From: an uncultured Bacilli bacterium
Lineage (GTDB): Bacteria > Bacillota_I > Bacilli_A > RF39 > UBA660
Assembly (NCBI GenBank): GCA_947623735.1
Contig: CANQHE010000024.1
Coordinates: forward strand, 1 to 18,234
Direction: 5' to 3'
DNA length: 18,234 bases
A program made the translations under genes and the position numbers. This document shows positions 1 to 7,417 of the stretch, in pieces. Positions within the stretch are counted from its first letter, which is position 1. Each line of letters opens with the position of its first letter. The notes under the pieces are model-generated. The model did not search any database and was not told where the DNA came from. It saw only the letters and a list, made by a program, of their open reading frames with translations.

Positions 1-92
1 CATAATTATAATTGATTATTTTTCAACAACTTAGTGCACTGGTTATAAAAATCGGGAACTTTCAATTTTAATTAATCGATCTAAATTTATGA

Positions 93-121
93 TTGATTTT
101 TTAATAGATAAGTGTTAGAAT
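93..121 (+). promoter_or_regulatory. Candidate sigma-A promoter for the pheST leader
   Basis: -35 TTGATT (93-98), a 17-nt spacer, then an extended -10 TGtTAGAAT (113-121). It sits just upstream of the T-box leader. AT-rich DNA produces such matches easily. Confidence 0.45.
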
Positions 122-127
122 AGTTTT

Positions 128-337
128 ATAAATGTTGATTAAGTAATTAGTATTTGCTTCTAGTTCTTTTTAGAGATTAAGTATCAAAGGCTGAAAATAC
201 TTAAAGATAAAAGAAGTAAAGAAATTCATACTTAGGAGTTTTAATAGTAAGTCGTGCTATAAACGAAAAAGAGCTAGTTATCCTAGAAGTTGGGTGGTAC
301 CGCGGATATATTTCGCCCCAATATTCTGGGTTTTTTT
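128..337 (+). promoter_or_regulatory. T-box riboswitch leader with a Phe (UUC) specifier, controlling pheS-pheT
   Basis: The canonical T-box core, AAGTTGGGTGGTACCGCGG, lies at 287-305. An AGAGA box lies at 172-176. A Stem I distal helix pairs TTAAGTA (177-183) with TACTTAA (198-204) around a GGCTGAAAA loop. A candidate specifier TTC (225-227) is followed by a purine (A228). Downstream, CCCA (317-320) pairs with TGGG (327-330) and is followed by a T7 run (331-337), giving a short terminator. TGGG of the T-box could pair with the same C-run as an antiterminator. The leader lies directly upstream of a Phe-tRNA synthetase operon. Confidence 0.85.
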
Positions 338-353
338 ATGTATAGGAGGATAT

Positions 354-1358
354 ATGGAAAGTAAGATAACTAAAATTAAAGAAGAATTAGAAAAGGCTTT
401 AGAAAAAGCAGAAAAAGAAGCTGATATATTAAATATTAAATCAGATTATGTTGGTAAAAAAAGTGAAATTCAGGGTATGCTTGCATCTTTAAAAGATATG
501 AGTGTTGATGATAAAAGAAAATATGGTAGTTTAATTAATAATACAAAGAAAGAAATGGAAGAACTTATTAATAAAAAGTTAGAAGATATTAATAATAAAG
601 TTAATATTACTTTTGATGATACTACTTTATATGAAATAGAAAAAGGTTCATTACATCCTGTTAGTATCGTAGCACGTGAAGTTACAGATATTTTAAAAAG
701 AATGGGTTTTACAGTTGTAAGCGGGCCAGAAATGGAAACAGAATATTATAATTTTGAAGCTTTAAATATACCTGAAGATCATCCAGCAAGAGATATGCAA
801 GATACTTATTATTTAGATAATGGAATGCTTCTTAGAACCCAAACTAGTGGGGTCCAAGTTAGATCAATGGAGAAATATGGTGCACCACTTCGTATTTGTG
901 TTCCTGGTAGAGTTTTTCGAAATGAAGATTTAGATGCTAATCATGAAAATACTTTCTTTCAAATGGAAGGTATGGTTATTGATAAAAATATTTCGATTGG
1001 AAATTTGATGTATGTTATGCAAAGTGTTTTGAGAGAAGTATTAAAAAGCGATGTTAATGTACGTATTAGACCGGGTTTTTTCCCATTTACAGAGCCATCT
1101 TTTGAAATAGATTGTTCTTGTACTATATGTGGAGGTAAGGGATGTCCTACTTGTAAAAATAGTGGATGGATAGAAATAATTCCGGGAGGAATGGTGCATC
1201 CGAATGTTTTAAAAGCAGGTGGTATTGATCCAGATGTTTATACTGGTTTTGCTTTTGGTATTGGTTTAACAAGACTAGCAATGATGAAATATAAAATAAA
1301 TGATATTAGGGTTTTAAATAGTGGAGATATAAGATATTTAGAACAATTTAATATTTAG
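354..1358 (+). CDS. pheS: Phenylalanine--tRNA ligase alpha subunit
   Basis: AGGAGG (344-349) precedes the ATG at 354. The ORF-track start at 294 lies inside the T-box/terminator and is rejected. Class II aaRS motifs are present (HPARDMQDTYY, FRNE, GFAFGIGLTRLAM), along with the Cys-rich insert CSCTICGGKGCPTCKNSGWIEI that I recall as typical of Firmicutes PheS. Confidence 0.95.
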   Translation: MESKITKIKEELEKALEKAEKEADILNIKSDYVGKKSEIQGMLASLKDMSVDDKRKYGSLINNTKKEMEELINKKLEDINNKVNITFDDTTLYEIEKGSLHPVSIVAREVTDILKRMGFTVVSGPEMETEYYNFEALNIPEDHPARDMQDTYYLDNGMLLRTQTSGVQVRSMEKYGAPLRICVPGRVFRNEDLDANHENTFFQMEGMVIDKNISIGNLMYVMQSVLREVLKSDVNVRIRPGFFPFTEPSFEIDCSCTICGGKGCPTCKNSGWIEIIPGGMVHPNVLKAGGIDPDVYTGFAFGIGLTRLAMMKYKINDIRVLNSGDIRYLEQFNI

Positions 1359-1377
1359 ATATATAGGAGGAAATATT

Positions 1378-3702
1378 ATGTTAATATCATGTAATAAATT
1401 AAAAAGTTATATAAAAAATAGTGAAGATATAGATTTTCTTAAAATATGGGATACTTTTACAATTAGAACAGCGGAAGTGGAAAATGTTAAAGTAGTAGGT
1501 AATACTTTTGATAAAGTAGTTGTTGCTGAAATTAAAGAATGTGAGGAGCATCCTGATAGTGATCATATGCACGTTTTAAAGGTAGATTGTGGAGAAGATG
1601 AATTAGTTCAAGTTGTATGTGGGGCTCCAAATGTTAGAGTTGGACTTAAGACGGCTTATGTTAAAGTGGGTGGCCACATTGATAATATGGAGATTAAAGC
1701 TCGTCCTTTAAGAGGAATAATCTCTAATGGAATGTGTTGTAGTGGAAGAGAACTTGCGATAAGTGATAATCATGATGGAATTATGGAACTACCTAAGGAA
1801 TGGGTAAATGGAAAAGATATTAAAGAATATCTACCAATAGATGATATAATTGTTGAAATTGATAACAAATCTTTAACTAATCGCCCGGATTTATGGGGAC
1901 ATTATGGAATTGCAAGAGAAATATGTGCGATAACTAATCATGAATTATTGCCACTTGATATTTTAGAAATTGAAAATAATAAAGAAGATTTAGATATTGT
2001 TATTAAAGATAAAGAATTATGTTATAGATATACAGGGTTAAAAATAGAAAATATTCTTAATAATAAAACGCCTTTGGATATGCAAATATTTTTATATTAT
2101 GTGGGGATGCGCTCTATTTCTTTACTCGTTGATTTAACCAACTATTTAATGCTGGAACTAGGGCAACCAATGCACGCTTTTTCAGCAGATATAGTTAAAA
2201 ATATTGAAGTAGGACTTGCAAATAAAGGCGATAAATTTACGACTTTAGATGGCCAAGAAAGAGTATTAGATGATGATATTTTAATGATTAAAAATGGTAA
2301 TGAATACTTTGGTATTGCCGGTATTATGGGAGGACTAGATAGTGAAATTTTAGATAATACAACCAGTGTATTTTTAGAAAGTGCAAATTTTAATGCCGGA
2401 GTTATTAGAAGAGGCGCGGTAAAGTTAGGCCTTAGAACCGAAGCATCAGCCAGATATGAGAAAAGTTTAGATCCTAATATGACTATACTTGCAATTAAAA
2501 GACTTGCTTATTTATTAAAAAAAGAAAATCCCGAGATGGTTATTGCTTCTAATTTAACCGATATTTATCCGAAAAAATTAGAGGAAGAAGAAATAGTATT
2601 AGATAAAAAGACGCTTGAAATATATATGGGAGTAGATTTAGAGGAAGAAGAAGTTAAAACTATACTTAGTTCTTTAGGCTTTAAAGTAGAAGTAGAAAAT
2701 GATAGCTATAAAGTAGTTGTACCAACATTTAGAGCAACTAAAGATATTAAAATTAAAGAAGATTTAATTGAAGAAATAGCCAGAATTTATGGATTAGAGA
2801 AGTTTAGTCCTAAACCTTTAAAGTTAGATTTAATAAGTGTGGAACATGAAAATATTTTTAATCAAGAATATGAAGTTAAAGAAATGCTTGCAATGAAATA
2901 TAATATGCATGAAGTTCATAGTTATATTTGGTATGATACACCTTTATTAAAGAGTTTAGGAATAGTTAAAGATAATGTGAAGTTATTAGGGAAAGATGCT
3001 AATAATATTCTTAGAGATGATATGAGTTTTTCACTTCTTAATATCGTAAAAGAGAATTTTAAAAATTATAATAAGTTTAAAATATTTGAAATTGGGACTA
3101 TAATCCGTAATAATGAAAATAAAAGAGTGTTAAGTTTAATTTTAACTGATGAAGAGAAAAATATAGAGAATATATATAATGAAGCTAAAAATATTGTGAT
3201 GTATATATTTAAAATATTTAAAAATAAGACAGTAGAATTTAATAATAATATTAATGTTAAAGAATATTATGATAAAACTTTGGGGAAAAATATCAATGTT
3301 TTAGATAATAAAGTGGGAGAACTTAATATTGTTTTAAAAAGTATGGCTAGTAAAATTGGGAAGAAGAAAGCAATAGTTTGTGTAGATATAGATTTTGATA
3401 TGTATACCGAACTTTTAAAAGAAGATATAATTTCCGAAGAAGTTAGTAAATATCCAACAGTTAGTTTAGATTATACGATTAAGCTTAGGGATATGAAATA
3501 TCAAGATTTAAAAGATATTTTACAAGAATTTAGAAGTAATTTAATTAAAAGCTATAAATTAATGGGTGTTTATCAAGATAAATATACGATTAGATATGTA
3601 ATTGGAAGTAATAATAAAACTTTGGAACAAAAGGATATTCAGAACTTTAAAGATAGATTTATGCTTTATATTAAAGATAAAGGGTTAATTATTGAAAGTT
3701 AA
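1378..3702 (+). CDS. pheT: Phenylalanine--tRNA ligase beta subunit
   Basis: AGGAGG (1365-1370) precedes the ATG at 1378, 19 nt after the pheS stop. It has an N-terminal tRNA-binding (EMAP-like) domain (VVAEIKECEEHPDSDHMHVLKVDCGE...VCGAPN), a B3/4 region (NRPDLWGHYGIAREI), a B5 domain and a C-terminal FDX-ACB-like end (SKYPTVSLDYTI). Confidence 0.93.
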   Translation: MLISCNKLKSYIKNSEDIDFLKIWDTFTIRTAEVENVKVVGNTFDKVVVAEIKECEEHPDSDHMHVLKVDCGEDELVQVVCGAPNVRVGLKTAYVKVGGHIDNMEIKARPLRGIISNGMCCSGRELAISDNHDGIMELPKEWVNGKDIKEYLPIDDIIVEIDNKSLTNRPDLWGHYGIAREICAITNHELLPLDILEIENNKEDLDIVIKDKELCYRYTGLKIENILNNKTPLDMQIFLYYVGMRSISLLVDLTNYLMLELGQPMHAFSADIVKNIEVGLANKGDKFTTLDGQERVLDDDILMIKNGNEYFGIAGIMGGLDSEILDNTTSVFLESANFNAGVIRRGAVKLGLRTEASARYEKSLDPNMTILAIKRLAYLLKKENPEMVIASNLTDIYPKKLEEEEIVLDKKTLEIYMGVDLEEEEVKTILSSLGFKVEVENDSYKVVVPTFRATKDIKIKEDLIEEIARIYGLEKFSPKPLKLDLISVEHENIFNQEYEVKEMLAMKYNMHEVHSYIWYDTPLLKSLGIVKDNVKLLGKDANNILRDDMSFSLLNIVKENFKNYNKFKIFEIGTIIRNNENKRVLSLILTDEEKNIENIYNEAKNIVMYIFKIFKNKTVEFNNNINVKEYYDKTLGKNINVLDNKVGELNIVLKSMASKIGKKKAIVCVDIDFDMYTELLKEDIISEEVSKYPTVSLDYTIKLRDMKYQDLKDILQEFRSNLIKSYKLMGVYQDKYTIRYVIGSNNKTLEQKDIQNFKDRFMLYIKDKGLIIES

Positions 3703-3723
3703 GCAATAAATTTTGTGTAAAAT

Positions 3724-3752
3724 TTGACAAATTCATCATTTTGTGGTAATAT
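3724..3752 (+). promoter_or_regulatory. Near-consensus sigma-A promoter
   Basis: Perfect -35 TTGACA (3724-3729), a 17-nt spacer, then an extended -10 TGgTAATAT (3744-3752). The predicted TSS is near 3759, upstream of the GGAAGGGGGA SD (3768-3777). Confidence 0.6.
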
Positions 3753-3783
3753 ATGTTACATCTTTTTGGAAGGGGGATATATT

Positions 3784-4149
3784 ATGACAGCAAACGAATT
3801 AATGGAAACAGCTAAAAATAATTTAATTCCTTATATTAATAAAGTATTATTTATTGATAAAATATTAGGAGTTAGATTTGACGGGGATATAACTAATATG
3901 CGTAGAGCTGCTAATTTAGACTTATATGCTAAATTATTATCTGATGAGGAATATAGAAAGTTAATAGTTGATAAAATAGCTACTTATGCAGTTGAAAAAA
4001 ATATTATGTATTATAAAGGTTCTATGCCATTACTTGTTAGAGCTATGAAACAATTTTTAGATCCTTATCAAATTATATTATTAGCTAACTATTTTGATAA
4101 AAATTTAGAACAATCTAATTTAGATCAAAAAGAAGTTAAATTAAAATAA
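3784..4149 (+). CDS. Hypothetical small cytoplasmic protein (121 aa)
   Basis: A strong SD precedes the ATG at 3784. The ORF-track start at 3724 overlaps the promoter and is rejected. It has its own promoter and terminator. I recognise no family motif, and it appears helical and charged. Confidence 0.6.
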   Translation: MTANELMETAKNNLIPYINKVLFIDKILGVRFDGDITNMRRAANLDLYAKLLSDEEYRKLIVDKIATYAVEKNIMYYKGSMPLLVRAMKQFLDPYQIILLANYFDKNLEQSNLDQKEVKLK

Positions 4150-4180
4150 TCATTTAGTATTGTCTAAATGATTTTTTTTT
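4149..4180 (+). terminator. Rho-independent terminator
   Basis: A perfect 9-bp stem pairs ATCATTTAG (4149-4157) with CTAAATGAT (4164-4172) around a 6-nt loop. A T8 run follows (4173-4180). Confidence 0.75.
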
Positions 4181-4188
4181 GGTACAAT
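4160..4188 (+). promoter_or_regulatory. Candidate promoter for the 4213 gene
   Basis: -35-like TTGTCT (4160-4165), a 17-nt spacer, then an extended -10 TGgTACAAT (4180-4188). It overlaps the preceding terminator. Confidence 0.4.
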
Positions 4189-4212
4189 GATTTATAGAAT
4201 AGGGTGGATGTT

Positions 4213-4923
4213 ATGGAAGATACTGAGGCTAAAAAAACAAATCAAATAAATATTTTAGCAGCACTTATTATAGTTATGTCACTTATTATTATTGCACTTA
4301 GTGCTTCTTATGCTTATTTTATGAATGTTGTTAAAGAAAATGAAGAGCATAAGGTTAATAAAGGGGTTAATATTACCAGTGGAGAATTGACGATGAGTTT
4401 TGCTACTGCTAATGAGCAATATATAAATAATGATAGTGCTGATTTATTAGATGATGATGATGTTTTAAGTGATAGTAATAATGATTATACAGAATTTAGC
4501 GTAACATTGCCAGCTAGTTCTACAGTAGATTCTGCTACTTATTTCTTTTACTTAACAGATTTAGAAATAACTCAGAATTTTAAAAACAAAGATGTTAAAT
4601 GGGCATTATTTAAAAATGGTTCAACCGCATCTTTAGAAGATGCGGTTGCCAGTGGAGATTTTTCAACAGTTAACATACCTGATGGAGCTGAAAGTGGAAC
4701 TGCACCTGATAGCAAGAAAGCAAAAGATTATTCATTGATGTATAAAGGTGGCGATCAGCAAAGTAATTTTACAATTAAAAGGACTGGTAAAGAAGGAACT
4801 ACTGATAGTTATAAGTTATATATTTGGTTATCGAATGATCCTAATCGAAATCAAGTGGGACTTCTTAATGGAAGCTTAAGTGCTAAAGTAGCATTTAAAG
4901 CCGTTTCATCCGCTGCTGAATAA
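4213..4923 (+). CDS. Secreted or membrane-anchored protein with a SipW-type (TasA/camelysin-like) N-terminus
   Basis: The AGGGTGG SD (4201-4207) favours the ATG at 4213 over the GTG at 4204. The N-terminus has a basic stretch, a hydrophobic core and then SASYAYFMN...VNKGVNITSGELTMSF. This resembles the ...GGTFAYFSD...NNTFAAGTLDL pattern of SipW-processed TasA/camelysin proteins as I recall them. The remainder is Ser/Thr/Asp-rich with no recognisable catalytic motif. Confidence 0.45.
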   Translation: MEDTEAKKTNQINILAALIIVMSLIIIALSASYAYFMNVVKENEEHKVNKGVNITSGELTMSFATANEQYINNDSADLLDDDDVLSDSNNDYTEFSVTLPASSTVDSATYFFYLTDLEITQNFKNKDVKWALFKNGSTASLEDAVASGDFSTVNIPDGAESGTAPDSKKAKDYSLMYKGGDQQSNFTIKRTGKEGTTDSYKLYIWLSNDPNRNQVGLLNGSLSAKVAFKAVSSAAE

Positions 4924-4948
4924 AATAATAGTAATTGGTCTTTGAAAA

Positions 4949-4977
4949 AATTACCTCTTTTAGGGGTAGTTTTTTTA
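4949..4977 (+). terminator. Rho-independent terminator
   Basis: A stem pairs TACCTC (4952-4957) with GGGGTA (4963-4968), including one G-U pair, around a TTTTA loop. It is flanked by an A-run and a T7 run (4970-4976). Confidence 0.6.
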
Positions 4978-5015
4978 AGAATAGAACATTTATAAACTAA
5001 GTAAAACTTTAAATT

Positions 5016-5056
5016 TATATTATTTTTTGTATATATACCTATATTATTTTTTGTAT
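5016..5056 (+). repeat. Perfect 17-nt tandem direct repeat (TATATTATTTTTTGTAT x2) upstream of the AAA+ gene
   Basis: The copies at 5016-5032 and 5040-5056 are identical and separated by the 7-nt spacer ATATACC, giving a 24-bp period. Each copy contains a TTGTAT -35-like hexamer. Confidence 0.8.
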
Positions 5057-5079
5057 GCTTATGTTAGAATATATATAAT
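5051..5079 (+). promoter_or_regulatory. Candidate promoter(s) for the three-gene cassette
   Basis: There are two overlapping options. Option 1 is TTGTAT (5051-5056), a 17-nt spacer and TATAAT (5074-5079), but its TSS would fall inside the SD (5081-5087). Option 2 is an extended -10 TGtTAGAAT (5062-5070) without a good -35, which leaves the SD in the leader. I cannot resolve this from sequence. Confidence 0.3.
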
Positions 5080-5089
5080 GAGGTGGAGT

Positions 5090-7015
5090 ATGAATAAAGA
5101 ATTTACATTACTTACTGAAGATCAAGTTTTTGAAAATAAAATTGGTTTAATAAAAAAAGTGAGTAATAAATGTGCAGTTACAGATTTTGCTATATTGTTG
5201 GGAGCTTGTATTCCTGGTGGTCTTTATGTAGATTATGATCATTCTTTAAAAGGTCGTATAGTGTGGTATTATTTATCATCCGTAGGTGGAGTTCGTGATT
5301 GTGATGTTCGTGTGGTTACTAATTTTGGTGATAAGGCAACGGCTGTTGCTGGTGATAGGGCAGGTGGGGTTCGCCCGGTTTTACCATTATCTGCTATTTC
5401 TGATATCTCTTTGAATGGTGAGAGACTAAAGAAAGGAATTTTTAAAAATTTTTTTTCGAGCAAAGTAGAGAAAGATAGTAAATGTTTAGAAATAGAGTAT
5501 GGAGAATATCCCCAATATGTTGTTAGTACATCTATGGAATCCGAATTGGAACAAGCATATCGTTCTGGTACTATAAGAAAAACGGGAAAAACATATACAA
5601 CGGATTCTAGAAAATGGAACTATAATTCTTCTCCATTTAAAGCTGTAGAACATGAAGAATATGAATATAATGGAAAAAAATATATAAGAGCATATTATAG
5701 AAATACAGATATCTTTACACTTTCAAATGGTAAACAATATAAAGAAGGAGATAATGTTTGGATAGAAGTATCTCCTCTTAAATGGTATGTTGATTACGAT
5801 GCTAGAATTATGTTGTGCAAAAATTTGGTTGTATCGGGAATAAGATTTTGTAATGATCATAGTTATGATGGCAATTTTAAAAATACAGAGATGTACAAAT
5901 TCTTAAATACATATTTTGCAAGAGATATAGAACCAAGTACAATTCATCAAATGCAACAAAAAGAAGAAATCTCGGAACTTAAAGAATCTCGAAAAGAAAT
6001 TAAGAAAAGAGAAAATCCTTATAGATTAAATTTTGGACAAGTAAGTGAAGAAGAAATTATTAGAGGGTCAATCGAAAGTGGAGTGGCGGTCTTTTTACAC
6101 GGGGCATCAAGTGAAGGAAAAAGTGCAAGGGTAAAACAAATTGATCCAGATACTGTAATTATCTATTTAAGAAATGCTACACCTGAAAGTTTAAATGGGA
6201 AAAGTGTTTATAATGCTCAAAAAGGTGAAATGATTGATATAAAGCCTTCCTGGTTAAAAAAATTAGAAGCAAAATGTGAAGCTGAGCCTGATAAATTACA
6301 TATTGTTTTCTTTGATGAAATAACAAATGCTTTACCTAGTATTCAAGGGATAGCTTTTAATATTGTTTTAGATAGAGAAGTAAATGGGATGTGGCAATTA
6401 CCAGAAAATGCAAGAATAGTCGCAGCTGGAAATGAAATGAAAGATTCTTTAGCCGCGAATCAACTTGCTGAACCATTATTTAATAGATTTGCTCATGTTT
6501 ATATCAAAACAACAACTGAAGGATGGTTAAAATGGGCAAGTGAACATAATATTCATCCGGCAATTTATTCTTATATTGCTTATAAAAAAGGTGAAACATT
6601 AAGAAGTAAGTATGATGGAGAAAAGCCAAATGCTGATCCAAGAAAATGGGAAATGGCTTCTAAAATGCTTTATGCTACTGGAAGTCCAGAAATGTTAAGG
6701 GCTTTAGTTGGCGAAGATATAACGAGAGAATTTGTAGAGTTCTGCAATCAACGAGTTATAACATTAGATGATGTAATAAATGGAAATTATAGTGAAAGAG
6801 ATATACAATCATTAAATACTGCGGAAAGATACGCTACGACTATGGGACTTTCTCAAGTTGATGAAGAAAACATGGAGAAAGTAAGAAATTTTGTAATAAA
6901 TCTTGGAGCAGAATTTGGAGCAGTATTTGATTCATTATGGGCCCATGGAGATGAATCTAGATTAGAGTTAATTGCCGAAGTTAGACTTGCTGATTTAGGA
7001 GGTAGAAAAATATGA
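5090..7015 (+). CDS. Fusion protein: N-terminal lectin-like ('WWLRS...GVRPAL'-type) module plus C-terminal MoxR/AAA_5-type ATPase
   Basis: The AGGTGGA SD (5081-5087) precedes the ATG at 5090, and the ORF-track start at 5027 is rejected. ATPase motifs are Walker A GASSEGKS (6101-6124), Walker B HIVFFDE (6299-6319), sensor-1-like RIVAAGN, and LFNRFAHVYI, the arginine region typical of MoxR/AAA_5 proteins. The N-terminal ~300 aa carry FTLLTEDQV...CAVTDFAILLGA...VWYYLSS...GGVRPVLPL and later EYGEYPQ...LKWYV...MLCKNLV...MYKFLNTYF. There is no signal peptide. The stop is TGA. Confidence 0.8.
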   Translation: MNKEFTLLTEDQVFENKIGLIKKVSNKCAVTDFAILLGACIPGGLYVDYDHSLKGRIVWYYLSSVGGVRDCDVRVVTNFGDKATAVAGDRAGGVRPVLPLSAISDISLNGERLKKGIFKNFFSSKVEKDSKCLEIEYGEYPQYVVSTSMESELEQAYRSGTIRKTGKTYTTDSRKWNYNSSPFKAVEHEEYEYNGKKYIRAYYRNTDIFTLSNGKQYKEGDNVWIEVSPLKWYVDYDARIMLCKNLVVSGIRFCNDHSYDGNFKNTEMYKFLNTYFARDIEPSTIHQMQQKEEISELKESRKEIKKRENPYRLNFGQVSEEEIIRGSIESGVAVFLHGASSEGKSARVKQIDPDTVIIYLRNATPESLNGKSVYNAQKGEMIDIKPSWLKKLEAKCEAEPDKLHIVFFDEITNALPSIQGIAFNIVLDREVNGMWQLPENARIVAAGNEMKDSLAANQLAEPLFNRFAHVYIKTTTEGWLKWASEHNIHPAIYSYIAYKKGETLRSKYDGEKPNADPRKWEMASKMLYATGSPEMLRALVGEDITREFVEFCNQRVITLDDVINGNYSERDIQSLNTAERYATTMGLSQVDEENMEKVRNFVINLGAEFGAVFDSLWAHGDESRLELIAEVRLADLGGRKI

Positions 7016-7407
7016 ACAATGATAAGATGAATATGTTAAAAAGTTATCTTTCTATTAATGTTGCACCTGTACTTATTGATTTAGAATTTAGTATTGATAT
7101 TCCAAAATCTATAATAATCCCGGCAAACTGTGAAGTAAAAGAATTAAATGGGCATTATGAAGGAGAGGATTTTCTTGCTCCTAAATGGTATTATGATTTA
7201 ATTAATACAAATGAAGCTAAAGTAATTGTTATAAAGGATATTGATAGCATCTCTAAAGAAGAACAATTAAAATTCAAAGAATTATTAGAGTATAGACAAG
7301 TTTCAACATTTAAAATACCGGAAGATACAAGAATTATTTTAACGGCTAAGAATATAAATAAAGAAACAATTAATGAAGAAATATATTCATTAGTTGCTCA
7401 TATTTAA
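7012..7407 (+). CDS. Degenerate AAA+ core paralog lacking a P-loop (131 aa)
   Basis: AGGAGG (6997-7002) precedes the ATG at 7012, which overlaps the upstream TGA as ATGA. The protein aligns by eye along the whole ATPase core of the upstream protein. The GxxxxGKS segment is absent, FDEI is replaced by KDID, and NRF is replaced by SLV. Confidence 0.7.
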   Translation: MNNDKMNMLKSYLSINVAPVLIDLEFSIDIPKSIIIPANCEVKELNGHYEGEDFLAPKWYYDLINTNEAKVIVIKDIDSISKEEQLKFKELLEYRQVSTFKIPEDTRIILTAKNINKETINEEIYSLVAHI

Positions 7408-7417
7408 GGAATAAATT

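Noticed and set aside
294-353. N-terminal extension of pheS proposed by the ORF track (start at 294)
   Set aside because: This stretch is the T-box core, terminator and U-run. A strong AGGAGG SD sits before the ATG at 354, which yields a normal PheS N-terminus (MESKITKIKEEL...).
1110-1170. Cys-rich CSCTICGGKGCPTCKNSG insert in PheS, considered as a novel zinc knuckle
   Set aside because: As I recall, an equivalent CxxC...CxxC insert is a normal feature of PheS in Bacillus-type organisms.
5027-5089. N-terminal extension of the AAA+ gene (MYIYLYYFLYAYVRIYIMRWS). Similar ORF-track extensions occur at 3724-3783, 4204-4212 and 8895-8915.
   Set aside because: The extensions translate AT-rich promoter or leader DNA into implausible peptides. 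In each case an internal ATG with a well-spaced SD is the better start.
5269-5463. 64-aa antisense ORF inside the AAA+ gene
   Set aside because: It lies wholly inside a well-supported CDS on the opposite strand, in a locally G-rich Gly/Val/Arg-coding patch. It has no SD and a low-complexity Pro/Thr/Ser-rich translation, so it is a shadow ORF.
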